64,000 nt of DNA from an uncultured Gammaproteobacteria bacterium (GCA_964609095.1 CAZSQN010000001.1:214117-278116); one strand, 5' to 3'. Shown: positions 1 to 9,192, counted from the first letter of the stretch. Program-made: numbers and translations. The notes: a model not told the origin generated them from the letters alone.

Positions 1-19
1 TTCCGGTATTTTAGCCGGT

Positions 20-1138
20 TTGCCTTGCGCCAATAACAGCCAATGCAATTACAGCGGTTCATGCAGGTCCACGACCATTACCCAGCCGGCCGGGTATCAA
101 AAAATTCAAGATGGAGCAGGCGCGTCTATTGGCTGGGATAATCGCGAAGAGGCGACTTTGAACGAGCAGCCGTTCGCGCCGGTTATTGGTTCGCCGGACA
201 TTTCCGCTTGCGACCTGCAAAGCCAGAAGTGCCGCTTGCAAGGGCTTGCCATTGGCATAAATGATTTTGATTGCGGCGCAAGTTCTGATTGTCCAACCGG
301 CTGGACCTGCGGCGCAAGGACAACCTTTGGAGGAGGCGGCGATACTTCCGGTTCAACCTGCGTGCCGCCGCGCGGAATTGACGCTAACGCGCTCTCTATC
401 AATAACCGCGTTTCAGGGGAACTGCGCGCCGCCGGCAGTTATCGCGCGATTTTGCGCTTTTACGCTTGGGCCGATCACAATACTATGCCTATAACTTCGC
501 GTTCGGTTGACTGGGGCGACGGATTAGTGGAAAAGACGGTTGATTCCAAATATAAAAATCACAAGCCGACCTGTTCCGCCGGGGATACTGATGATGGCGC
601 CGCCAAAGAGTGCGGCGGAATGCCCGGGCTAACCTGCGCCAAGCAGGCGGACTGCCCGGCCGGCACAGGGCTTTGCGTGCCGGTTGGAAGGTGTTCAAGT
701 TCGCGGACGCGCTGCGCCGTTAACGAGGATTGTCCGCTTGGAGGAAACGGCGTTGAACGATGCGTACTCTCCCGTTTTGGCAATTCCCCAGATGCCTGCG
801 ATGAACAATACTTTGAGTTTGAGCATACTTATGTCTGCAACCGCGAGCTTATGTCCAGATTGCCTGATTGCGTTGGCGCCGATCTTGACCCGACAAATAA
901 AAACGCGCCGCACACGGCTTGCGCCAGAGACCTTGACGGCAATGGTTCCGCTGATTCGTGCCTGTTCCGTCCCAAAGTTCAGGTGCGCGATAATTGGGGA
1001 TACTGCAACGGAATTTGTCCGTCAGTCGGCAGAGACGGCTCGCCCGGCGGTTTGCGCTGTTACGAATCCGAGTGCGATGCGCACCCAGGAGCATGGACGG
1101 GCTTTGGAGGATTTATCACCATTACTCCCAGGAATTAG
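20..1138 (+). CDS. Cysteine-rich secreted protein; the ORF opens at the window edge with a non-ATG codon, so the 5' end is probably outside the window
   Basis: 372-aa ORF with about 40 Cys in recurring C-P-x-G and CxxxC contexts, Gly-rich, no TM segment; sits directly upstream of the VirB6-like gene. Confidence 0.45.
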   Translation: MPCANNSQCNYSGSCRSTTITQPAGYQKIQDGAGASIGWDNREEATLNEQPFAPVIGSPDISACDLQSQKCRLQGLAIGINDFDCGASSDCPTGWTCGARTTFGGGGDTSGSTCVPPRGIDANALSINNRVSGELRAAGSYRAILRFYAWADHNTMPITSRSVDWGDGLVEKTVDSKYKNHKPTCSAGDTDDGAAKECGGMPGLTCAKQADCPAGTGLCVPVGRCSSSRTRCAVNEDCPLGGNGVERCVLSRFGNSPDACDEQYFEFEHTYVCNRELMSRLPDCVGADLDPTNKNAPHTACARDLDGNGSADSCLFRPKVQVRDNWGYCNGICPSVGRDGSPGGLRCYESECDAHPGAWTGFGGFITITPRN

Positions 1139-1141
1139 CTT

Positions 1142-3685
1142 ATGAAATTCTTTAAACACAAATTATCAGTTCCCATAGCCGTCGCGGTGTTCGCGGCTCT
1201 CGCGGTTGCGGTCTTTAGTTTTGCCAAGCCGGTTTGGGCGCAAGGATTCTTTAGCCAGTTTGGGGCGGCAAGCATAACAAGCATAGGAGATATCATCAGA
1301 ATAATTGTCGGCTCAATAGTGTTTATCTACGTTCATTTTATCGGCCTTCTTTTGCTTATTATCATCAATGTTCTGACGCAGGTGGCAAGTTATAATGATT
1401 TTGTAAACAGCGCGGTAGTGGTAAACGGCTGGGCAATTGTGAGAGACCTTTCTAATATGTTTTTTATCCTGATTTTGCTCTACATTGCCTTTGCCACGAT
1501 TTTGGGAGTGAGCGGAATGGACTGGAAACAGCGTCTGCCAAAATTGCTCATCTTTGCGATTCTTATAAACTTTACCCGCGTGATTGCCGGACTCGCCATT
1601 GATTTTGGCCAGGTGATAATGATTACTTTTGTCAATGGCTTCAAAGACGCGGCCGGAGGGAATTTTGCCGAACTTCTGGGCATTAAGGACATGCTTGAGG
1701 TTTCCGTGCCCGGCGGCCTGCAGCAGGCGCAGCAGATTGCCACCGGCAATGTTGGCGGCGCGGCCATTGACTTCTTGCAAGTGATAGGAGGCATGATCGG
1801 CGCCGCGCTTTTTGCAACCGTTGCCTTAATCGTGATTATTGCCATCACTCTTGTGCTTGTCTATCGCATGGTCATGCTCTGGATTTATGTTGTTCTTTCT
1901 CCGCTTGCTTTTATCCTGGGCGCTTTTCCGCAGGGAGAAAGTTATTATGCCCAGTGGTGGAAGCAGTTTACCAGCGCCATTGCCGTCGGGCCGCTTTTGG
2001 CATTTTTCTTGTGGCTTTCGCTTCTCTCCGTCGGTTCCATAACGCAAGGCATAAGCCAAACCGCGATTGCGGAATTGCAGGGGGGCCAATCGGCGGCGGC
2101 GCAGGTCTCCTGCGGCGCGAGTCAAATTTGCCAGCCGGACAATGTTCTTAAATTTATCATTGGCATCGGACTTTTGATGGGCGGGCTTACCATTTCGCAA
2201 TCAATGGCCGCTTCTGCCGGAGGAGGAATGGAAGGAATCGTGGGTTGGGCAAAGAAGGCTGCGCCCGGAGCAATGAAAAAGATAACCGGGGTTGCGGCCA
2301 TTCAGCGCGGATACGCGGCGTATAAGGCGCAGCGCGAAGAATATAAAAAAGGCGGGCTTGTCACGCAGATGGGAACACGAATGGGAGCGGGCACAAATGT
2401 CATATTCGGGTTGGGCTCAAAACGCGCGAAGCAGCAGCAAAGAAACGTGTTAGAAGCGGATTTAGAGAAGAAGAAATCATATATTGACCATCTCACTAAC
2501 GCGGATTTGGCCAAGCAGAGAACAACTGAGGCGTACGCAAAACTTGCCGATCGCGGAGCTCTGACGCGCGAGTTTATCGCCGAGCATGGTTTGGATCCAA
2601 AGATGATGGAAGCCGCGTTTATGCCCGGACTTGAAAAGAGCAAGAATTCTTTTAAGAAGAGTTTGAAAGCTACAAGCCCCAGCCATGCTTTTGATATGAG
2701 CGCGGATAAAGGAAGGGAAGAGGCAGCCGTCGCGGTAATTAAGGGTGAAACATCGCTTGATAAATTTGATCCCAAAGATCTTAATGCGGCTTTTGTCGCC
2801 AAAATCCAGCAAAAGGCCAGCTGGTCGGAAGAACGGTGGAATTCCGAAAAGAGCAAATTGGGCGTTGACGCGCAAGCTAATCTGCTCGGAGCGATGGCGG
2901 CCCATACGCAAAGCGTTGATTTGGGAAAAGTGAGCGGCGCGGATTTTGCCAAAGAATTGGCCTTGAAGCGGGTTGTGGCTAAAAGTATTTCTTTAGAAAA
3001 GGCGAATTTGGGCGCGTATAGTTATACCGATCCCGTGACGGGATTAAAAAAATCCGGAGACGCTTTGCGCGAATACGTGCGCGAGCAGGGCGAACGGTTG
3101 GCTATAACTGTTCCGCCGGACGAATTTGATAAACCGCAGATCGCCGCCGCCATCCAATTGGCAATGCCCGCTGTTGAATATGAAAAGTTCTTAAAAGCTT
3201 TATCGCCGGAGATTAAGGCAAAATACCAGTCGGGCGCCGGCAAGTTAGTCAGCGACCCCACGGCTCTGGGCTTCCTTACTAACGAAGAAAGGCGCAGAGT
3301 TCGCGAGCGTTCTATGGCCGCTGGCGCTGATTTTGGAACTGCTTATGACCAAGCTCCTGGCCGGCCGTGGCCATCTAATCCGTTGGCGGCAAGCGATTTT
3401 AGAGATTCGCTCAAGGGTTCAGAGGCCTCTAAGGTTGTCTTGAATATGAAAGTGCCTGACGTGTCGGCAACGGTCGCGTTTGATATCGTGGACAATCTTG
3501 ATCCCACGCAGTTTGTAGAGGCGGCCAAAGAAGCGGTGCGAACACGTAATAAAGAACAGCTGGATGTTTTGAGAAAGATTATGGCGGAGGTGGCCAGCGC
3601 TCCTGTCGTGCCGGGTTCAAATGCCGATAAGCTCAAAGCTAAGATGGCTGGTCCCACGCGAGCCCGCATCTTTGATGAAATCTAA
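1142..3685 (+). CDS. VirB6/TrbL-like polytopic membrane protein with a long hydrophilic C-terminal extension
   Basis: N-terminal ~350 aa contain a signal/TM segment followed by at least 6 strongly hydrophobic helices. C-terminal ~500 aa are charged and Lys-rich. RBS-like aggaa before the ATG. Clustered with PrgI-like and VirB4-like genes. Confidence 0.5.
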   Translation: MKFFKHKLSVPIAVAVFAALAVAVFSFAKPVWAQGFFSQFGAASITSIGDIIRIIVGSIVFIYVHFIGLLLLIIINVLTQVASYNDFVNSAVVVNGWAIVRDLSNMFFILILLYIAFATILGVSGMDWKQRLPKLLIFAILINFTRVIAGLAIDFGQVIMITFVNGFKDAAGGNFAELLGIKDMLEVSVPGGLQQAQQIATGNVGGAAIDFLQVIGGMIGAALFATVALIVIIAITLVLVYRMVMLWIYVVLSPLAFILGAFPQGESYYAQWWKQFTSAIAVGPLLAFFLWLSLLSVGSITQGISQTAIAELQGGQSAAAQVSCGASQICQPDNVLKFIIGIGLLMGGLTISQSMAASAGGGMEGIVGWAKKAAPGAMKKITGVAAIQRGYAAYKAQREEYKKGGLVTQMGTRMGAGTNVIFGLGSKRAKQQQRNVLEADLEKKKSYIDHLTNADLAKQRTTEAYAKLADRGALTREFIAEHGLDPKMMEAAFMPGLEKSKNSFKKSLKATSPSHAFDMSADKGREEAAVAVIKGETSLDKFDPKDLNAAFVAKIQQKASWSEERWNSEKSKLGVDAQANLLGAMAAHTQSVDLGKVSGADFAKELALKRVVAKSISLEKANLGAYSYTDPVTGLKKSGDALREYVREQGERLAITVPPDEFDKPQIAAAIQLAMPAVEYEKFLKALSPEIKAKYQSGAGKLVSDPTALGFLTNEERRRVRERSMAAGADFGTAYDQAPGRPWPSNPLAASDFRDSLKGSEASKVVLNMKVPDVSATVAFDIVDNLDPTQFVEAAKEAVRTRNKEQLDVLRKIMAEVASAPVVPGSNADKLKAKMAGPTRARIFDEI

Positions 3686-3693
3686 ATTAAATT

Positions 3694-5118
3694 ATGGCTG
3701 ACAAAATAAGATCGGAAAGAATAAGCGCTTTGCCTCAAGATATTTTTGATGAATTGTTTAGAGATGACGAATCAGAGTTAATCCAGGATCTGATTAAAGA
3801 ACATAAACTTAAAAAAGGAACCGAAGATATTATCGCGGAGCTTATCAGAGAGTTATTTATAAAAGATATCAGTTTAGAAGATTTTGCTCCAAAAATTGCT
3901 AAAAAAATTAGCATGTCAGACGAACTTGGAAGAAAGATCGCGGTAGATATTGCCAAGACGCGGCTTTTGCCGCACGAAGATTATTTTGCCGGCGTGGGAA
4001 GGCAAATCGTGATTTGGGGAGGAGAGCCGATTAAAGCGGAAAAGATTAAACCAACATCCTTGCCCGCGGATGCCCCCAAGGGCAGGGAAGCCAAGGGCGC
4101 GGCTCCGGTTGCCGCTCCGACGGCGGAGAGCGCGCCGGCGGCCGCAAAATCTTCATTTGAGCAAAGGGCGGAAGTTGAGGAAGAAGCGGAAATTTTAAAA
4201 AAGCAAAAAGAAACGGCGAAAATCACCCCCGTTACCCAATCAATTGAAGATAAATTGAATGAGAAAATAAAAGCGGTAGTCAGCGAGGCAAAGATTGTTT
4301 TTGCCAATCCCGCGTTAACCAAACGATTTGAAACCATAATTTCCGCGCGGCTTCGGGACGTGCGCGACGGGGCGGAAACAAAGGAAATGCTCTTGCGGGC
4401 GGATAAGGTTGGGGGTTTGGGATTGGGCGCGGCAGAAGCGGAGCGGGTTAGTCAGATTCTAAATCGCGTTTTTGCCGAATTTAGCGGTTTATATAGGAAA
4501 GAGGAAGAGGCAAAAAGGAAAGCGTTTTTAGCCGAACAAGCCGAGCGCGAGGCCTTGCGCAAAGCGGAACGGGAGAGGCGCGAGCGCGAGGAGCGGGAGA
4601 AGCTTTACGCCCGCGTTACCGGAGTCGCGCCCAGCATTACGAAGTTAGAAGTTAGAAGTTCGAAGGTGGAACAAGTGTCAGTCAGACCTCCAGCTTCCAG
4701 CTTCTCCCGACATAAAGTCGGGATCCCGACCGAAGTGTCGGGACAAATTCCAACTACCAAGCCGCGCATGGAGGAAGTCAAGTTTACGCCAAAGATAACT
4801 GGTCCGGTGGAAGAACTGGCGCAAATGACTTTAATTGAGTTTCGCCGTCTTTCTAAAGACGCGAAAGAGGCGGTCTTGAAGATTGGGGATAAAATTGACC
4901 TTTTGGAAGAAGAAGATTTTGGGAAAAAAGTCGCCGGCATTAAGGCCTGGCAGGGATCGGGGGTAAACAAGCTTTATCTTGATTTGCTTAAGGATGGCTT
5001 GAACAGGGGTGTCGGCATTTCCGCCATTATTGATGAAAAAGCAAAAGGAGGAGCGGAAACTCTAACCAAAGCCGAATTTGATGCTATAATGGAGTTGAAC
5101 AGAAATTTAAGATTCTAA
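3694..5118 (+). CDS. Hypothetical charged/coiled-coil protein with an internal heptamer-repeat insertion
   Basis: 474-aa ORF, KE-rich, ERERREREEREK stretch. Nucleotides 4641-4707 carry (AGAAGTT)x3 plus a CCAGCTT-type inverted arm translated in frame. Confidence 0.45.
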   Translation: MADKIRSERISALPQDIFDELFRDDESELIQDLIKEHKLKKGTEDIIAELIRELFIKDISLEDFAPKIAKKISMSDELGRKIAVDIAKTRLLPHEDYFAGVGRQIVIWGGEPIKAEKIKPTSLPADAPKGREAKGAAPVAAPTAESAPAAAKSSFEQRAEVEEEAEILKKQKETAKITPVTQSIEDKLNEKIKAVVSEAKIVFANPALTKRFETIISARLRDVRDGAETKEMLLRADKVGGLGLGAAEAERVSQILNRVFAEFSGLYRKEEEAKRKAFLAEQAEREALRKAERERREREEREKLYARVTGVAPSITKLEVRSSKVEQVSVRPPASSFSRHKVGIPTEVSGQIPTTKPRMEEVKFTPKITGPVEELAQMTLIEFRRLSKDAKEAVLKIGDKIDLLEEEDFGKKVAGIKAWQGSGVNKLYLDLLKDGLNRGVGISAIIDEKAKGGAETLTKAEFDAIMELNRNLRF

Positions 5119-5127
5119 CCTTAATGT

Positions 5128-5160
5128 AGTCGCATCCCGATACAAATTATCGGGATGCGA
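5128..5160 (+). other. 11-bp perfect stem-loop (gcatcccgata-caaat-tatcgggatgc) immediately after the stop of the preceding CDS
   Basis: Seen directly. No U-run follows, so a terminator function is uncertain; possible processing or stability element. Confidence 0.4.
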
Positions 5161-5233
5161 AAGCGAGTGGCCGCGTAGCGTTATGAGGGCTACTGCAAGG
5201 AGCCCGAATATCAGCGAAGCGGGAAAAGGAGCT

Positions 5234-5671
5234 ATGCCTGAACAATTCGTCGTGCCGCAATTCCTTGATGTGGAAGATAAAATTTTGGGGCCGATAACGG
5301 CGCGCCAGTTTATTATTTTAATTGTCACTTTTTTGGTCGCGGCCATAATGTACCGCCTGCTTGCTTTCGGATATTTTATTTTTTTTGGAATACTGGTTAT
5401 TGCCGCCGGAGCCGTGATTGCTTTTGTGCGCATCAACGGCCAGCCGTTTCATTATTTTCTGCTTAATTTGGTGCAGACCTTGCGCCGGCCGCCGCTCCGC
5501 GTTTGGAACAAGCAGCTATTCGCGGCAGAATTAAAAGAATTGATGAACATCGCGCCGGCGCCGCCGCCTCCGCCAAAACCGGTAAAAGAAAAATTGGCCG
5601 CCAGCCGCATTAACGAATTGACTTTAATACTTAACACCGGCGGAGCGTATAATCCGGAACAATACAAATAA
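5234..5671 (+). CDS. PrgI-family (VirB3-like) small membrane protein of a type IV secretion/conjugation-like system
   Basis: N-terminal motif VPQFLDVEDKILGPITARQF followed by two TM helices. Strong RBS aaaaggag 5 nt before the ATG at 5234; the ORF track begins earlier at 5183. The motif matches my recollection of PrgI-family proteins. Confidence 0.55.
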   Translation: MPEQFVVPQFLDVEDKILGPITARQFIILIVTFLVAAIMYRLLAFGYFIFFGILVIAAGAVIAFVRINGQPFHYFLLNLVQTLRRPPLRVWNKQLFAAELKELMNIAPAPPPPPKPVKEKLAASRINELTLILNTGGAYNPEQYK

Positions 5672-5675
5672 AAGA

Positions 5676-5750
5676 GGGTACAGGGGACAGGGTAGAGGGT
5701 ATAGTAAATTAAAAAACTAAACCCTAAACCCTAAACCCTAAACCCTAAAA
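5676..5750 (+). repeat. Heptamer-repeat leader element, CCCTAAA class (copy A): GGGTACAGGGGACAGGGTAGAGGGTATAG + spacer + (CCCTAAA)x4, ending ...AAAAATGTG
   Basis: Near-identical copy at 6451-6525; related copies at 39576-39643, 28572-28624 (minus) and 33101-33181 (minus), all abutting start codons. Confidence 0.8.
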
Positions 5751-5761
5751 ATGTGCCTGAG

Positions 5762-6445
5762 ATGCAAAATCCAAAAATTGTTTCCTCTCGTCCGACAACT
5801 GCCACGCAGAGATATTTGGATATTTCCGAAATCAAAGACGATGCGGTGATATTAAAAGACGGCTCTTTGCGCGTCGTGCTTATCTGCTCCAGCATAAATT
5901 TTGCCTTAAAGTCCGAAGACGAGCAGAACGCGCTTATTTCCGCTTATGTGGGATTTTTAAATTCTTTGGATTTTCCCATTCAGGTGGTAGTGCAGTCGCG
6001 GCGGCTTAACATTGAGGATTATATTGAACGGTTAAAAGCGGTTGAAAAGCAGCAAAAAAACGAGCTTCTGCGCGTGCAAATAGCCGATTATCGCACTTTT
6101 ATCGCCGAACTGGTGTCATTGGGGCAGATTATGTCCAAGCGGTTTTATGCGGTCGTGCCTTACAGCCCTTTGGGCAACAAAAGAAAAGGTTTTTTCGCGC
6201 GGTTTAGCGAGGCGCTTTCTCCGGCTCTTTCGGTAAAACTCCGCGAGGAACGGTTTCAGGAAAAGAAAAAGGACATGATGCTCCGCGTAAATCAAGTTAT
6301 TTCAGGATTGGCATCGATGAGCGTGCAGGCGGTCCAGCTTGATTCGCAAGGATTAATAGAGCTTTATTATAATGTTTATAATCCGGATATTTTTGAATCC
6401 CAGCCGCTCGCGGAACTGGGCCAATTGCGGGTGGAACAAAGATAA
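5762..6445 (+). CDS. Hypothetical protein in the T4SS-like cluster (start either GTG 5753 or ATG 5762)
   Basis: ORF track 5753..6445; no TM segments; lies between the PrgI-like and VirB4-like genes. Confidence 0.45.
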   Translation: MQNPKIVSSRPTTATQRYLDISEIKDDAVILKDGSLRVVLICSSINFALKSEDEQNALISAYVGFLNSLDFPIQVVVQSRRLNIEDYIERLKAVEKQQKNELLRVQIADYRTFIAELVSLGQIMSKRFYAVVPYSPLGNKRKGFFARFSEALSPALSVKLREERFQEKKKDMMLRVNQVISGLASMSVQAVQLDSQGLIELYYNVYNPDIFESQPLAELGQLRVEQR

Positions 6446-6450
6446 AACCA

Positions 6451-6525
6451 GGTTATAGGGGACAGGGTAGAGGGTATAGTAAATTAAAAAACTAAACCCT
6501 AAACCCTAAACCCTAAACCCTAAAA
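6451..6525 (+). repeat. Heptamer-repeat leader element, CCCTAAA class (copy B), directly upstream of virB4-like
   Basis: GGTTATAGGGGACAGGGTAGAGGGTATAGTAAATTAAAAAACTAAACCCTAAACCCTAAACCCTAAACCCTAAAAATGTG; the in-frame start of the following gene is the GTG overlapping the terminal ATG. Confidence 0.8.
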
Positions 6526-6527
6526 AT

Positions 6528-8438
6528 GTGGCATTTAGACCGCTCCAAATTTTCAAGAAAAAACAGCCGGGGATAGTGGCTCCTGTTTTGGGCGAGGAGG
6601 CGCGCAAGGCGGAAGAAGCCAAAGCCAAATTGGAAAAGATCGCGCTTGAAGAAGAGCGCGTATATCGCCGCGGCGTTGTTTCTATCCGCGATATTATCGC
6701 TCCGGCCTCTCTTAAAGTTGACCCGTCAATGGTAGTTTTAGGCGACAATTATGTCCGCACTCTTTTTGTGCTTACTTATCCGAGATACATTTCCGTGGGC
6801 TGGTTTGCCCCGATATTGAATCTTTCCATGACGCTTGATGTGGGAATGTTTTTTTATCCCGTGCCGGCGGATATTATTTTGAAACAGTTAAAAAATAAAG
6901 TCGGCACATTGGAGGCGCAAATTATTTCTGATTCAGAAAAAGGCGCGCCGCGCGATCCGCTTCGCGAAACCGCGCTCCGCGATGTTGAAAGTTTGCGCGA
7001 TTCCTTAACCCAGGGCACCGAGCACTTCTTCCAATACGCGCTTTATGTGACTCTTTACGCCAAGAGCGCTGAAGAGCTGAACAAGCGCACGGAAGAGATA
7101 GAAACGCTCTTCGGCTCAAAACTTATCTACACTAAACGGACGTACTACCAATCAGAACAGGGTTTTAATTCTACCATTCCTCTTGGCAATGACGAGCTGA
7201 TGATAACCTTTAACATGAATTCATCTCCGATCGCCTCGTCGTTTCCTTTTATGTCGGCGGACCTTACTTCCGACGGGGGAGTGCTTTACGGCATCAATCG
7301 GCATAATAATTCTTTAATTTTATTTGACCGGTTTTCTCTGCAGAACGCCAATATGGTGGTGTTTGCCACTTCCGGCGCGGGCAAAAGCTACGCGGTCAAG
7401 CTGGAAGTTTTGCGGTCATTGATGATGGGAACAGATGTTATTATTATTGACCCGGAGATGGAGTACAAACATCTTTCCGACGCGGTAGGCGGCACTTATA
7501 TTTCCATTTCTTTGGCTTCGGAGAGCAAAATCAATCCTTTTGAACTGCCGCGGCCCGTGGGAGAGCAGATTAGCACGGAAGACATAATCAGAAGCGCGGT
7601 TATCACGGCCAAAGGCCTGCTGCGCATAATGTTTGGCGCCATCACCCCGGAAGAGGATTCCCTTGTAGACCGCGCCTTGCTTGAAACCTATGCCAAAAAA
7701 GACATTACGGCCGCATCTGATTTGACCAAAGTTGAACCGCCGATAATGCAGGATTTCGCGGAAGTGCTTGAAGGAATGGAGGGCACGGCCAATCTTGTTT
7801 TGAAAATTAAAAAATATACCGAAGGAACTTTTGCCGGCTTGTTTAACTCTCCCACCACGGTTGACCTTAAAAATCCTTTCGTTGTGTTTTCCGTGCGCGA
7901 TCTTGAGGATGAACTGCGGCCTATGGCCATTTACGCCATTGTCAATTTTATCTGGAATGTGGTTAGGAGCGAACGGAAAAAGAGAATCCTCGTTATTGAC
8001 GAGGCCTGGTGGCTGATGCAAAACGATGATTCCGCCAAGTTTATTTTCGCGCTGGTCAAGCGCTGCAGAAAATACTATTTGGGCATAACTACCATTACGC
8101 AGGATGTAAACGACTTTTTGCGTTCTCCATACGGCCAGGCCATAGTCACCAATTCTTCAATTCAGATGCTGTTAAAGCAATCGCCCGCGTCAATTGATTT
8201 GGTGCAAAAAACGTTTCTTTTGACCGAAGGGGAAAAGTATCTGCTCTTGGAGAGCGCGGTTGGCGAGGGCATATTTTTTGCCGGACCGCGGCACGCGGCC
8301 ATAAAGGTTGTGGCTTCTTACACCGAAGACCAGCTTATCACCACGGACCCGCGGCAATTATTGGAAATTGAACAAGCAAAGAAAGAATTTGAGGCGCAGT
8401 TAAAGGGCGGCGAACCGGAAGCGCCGGACATTGGATAG
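6528..8438 (+). CDS. virB4: VirB4/TraC-family type IV secretion ATPase
   Basis: Walker A (FATSGAGKSY) and Walker B (ILVIDEAWWLM) motifs, ~636 aa, typical VirB4 N-terminal region; GTG start overlapping the ATG of the upstream element. Confidence 0.8.
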   Translation: MAFRPLQIFKKKQPGIVAPVLGEEARKAEEAKAKLEKIALEEERVYRRGVVSIRDIIAPASLKVDPSMVVLGDNYVRTLFVLTYPRYISVGWFAPILNLSMTLDVGMFFYPVPADIILKQLKNKVGTLEAQIISDSEKGAPRDPLRETALRDVESLRDSLTQGTEHFFQYALYVTLYAKSAEELNKRTEEIETLFGSKLIYTKRTYYQSEQGFNSTIPLGNDELMITFNMNSSPIASSFPFMSADLTSDGGVLYGINRHNNSLILFDRFSLQNANMVVFATSGAGKSYAVKLEVLRSLMMGTDVIIIDPEMEYKHLSDAVGGTYISISLASESKINPFELPRPVGEQISTEDIIRSAVITAKGLLRIMFGAITPEEDSLVDRALLETYAKKDITAASDLTKVEPPIMQDFAEVLEGMEGTANLVLKIKKYTEGTFAGLFNSPTTVDLKNPFVVFSVRDLEDELRPMAIYAIVNFIWNVVRSERKKRILVIDEAWWLMQNDDSAKFIFALVKRCRKYYLGITTITQDVNDFLRSPYGQAIVTNSSIQMLLKQSPASIDLVQKTFLLTEGEKYLLLESAVGEGIFFAGPRHAAIKVVASYTEDQLITTDPRQLLEIEQAKKEFEAQLKGGEPEAPDIG

Positions 8439-8515
8439 AATCTGGAATATGGAATCTGGAATTTAGAAAAGAAAATTCTAAATTCTAAATTCTAAATTCT
8501 AAATTCAGTTCTACC
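8439..8515 (+). repeat. Heptamer-repeat leader element, ATTCTAA class: imperfect (GGAATNT)n arm + aagaaa + (ATTCTAA)x4, ending 8 nt before the ATG at 8516
   Basis: Arms are imperfect reverse complements; same architecture as the CCCTAAA class; related copy at 42981-43059. Confidence 0.75.
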
Positions 8516-9121
8516 ATGACGCGTACCCGACGCAACATACTAATAATGTCTTCCGGAGCTATCCTTATAGGGTTGGCGATATTTTTATTGCTTCGTCCGA
8601 AGAAGTCCGCGTTTGTCCCTCCATCGGCGCCGCCGGAGGCAAAATTGCCCGAAGCGATTTTGCCGGCGCCTCCGACCGCGCCGGCGGCGGCAAATCTTGC
8701 TCCTGAAGAGCGGACAGAAATTCAGAAACAGCGCAGCCGCGAGTTAGAGGCGCGAAGAGTCGCCCAGTCGTTTTTGGAGCGTTACGGCAGCTTTTCCAAT
8801 CAGGGAAATTTTGAAAATATTTCCGATTTAGAGCCGCTTATGACCGTGAATATGAAAAAAGTCGCGGCAAACTATGTGCGCGAGCAAAAATCCCTTTATC
8901 CGGCGGAGAAGGGATATTATGGAATAACCACCCGCGCGCTGACTTCAGCTCTTTCCGCTATGAGCGAATCGCGCGTTATTGTGACTATCGGAACGCAGAG
9001 GCAGGAGTCGGCGGGGAGTTCGGAGACGCCGCGGATTTTATATCAGGAAGCGACTCTTCAATTGGTTAAAATCGGTTCAGTTTGGAAAATAGACGATGTA
9101 AGCTGGGGGAGCGTAAAATAA
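8516..9121 (+). CDS. Bitopic membrane protein (N-terminal TM, Pro/Ala-rich linker, C-terminal globular domain); VirB8-like topology, identity not established
   Basis: 201-aa ORF; TM ILIMSSGAILIGLAIFLLL; immediately downstream of virB4-like. Confidence 0.4.
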   Translation: MTRTRRNILIMSSGAILIGLAIFLLLRPKKSAFVPPSAPPEAKLPEAILPAPPTAPAAANLAPEERTEIQKQRSRELEARRVAQSFLERYGSFSNQGNFENISDLEPLMTVNMKKVAANYVREQKSLYPAEKGYYGITTRALTSALSAMSESRVIVTIGTQRQESAGSSETPRILYQEATLQLVKIGSVWKIDDVSWGSVK

Positions 9122-9192
9122 ATTTCTAATGACTAATTAAACATGTGTGGATAAGTAAAAATACTTAAACTAAGTTATACTTAAAATTTTAT

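Noticed and set aside
1839-2200. Short plus/minus ORFs inside the VirB6-like gene
   Set aside because: They lie in alternate frames of a long ORF with coherent TM-helix content; no independent support.
5700-5750. (CCCTAAA)n arrays as telomere repeats or CRISPR
   Set aside because: They match the plant telomeric unit, but they are four-unit interstitial arrays in gene leaders of a bacterial sequence. There are no spacers, leader or cas genes. They are treated as regulatory/structural repeat elements instead.
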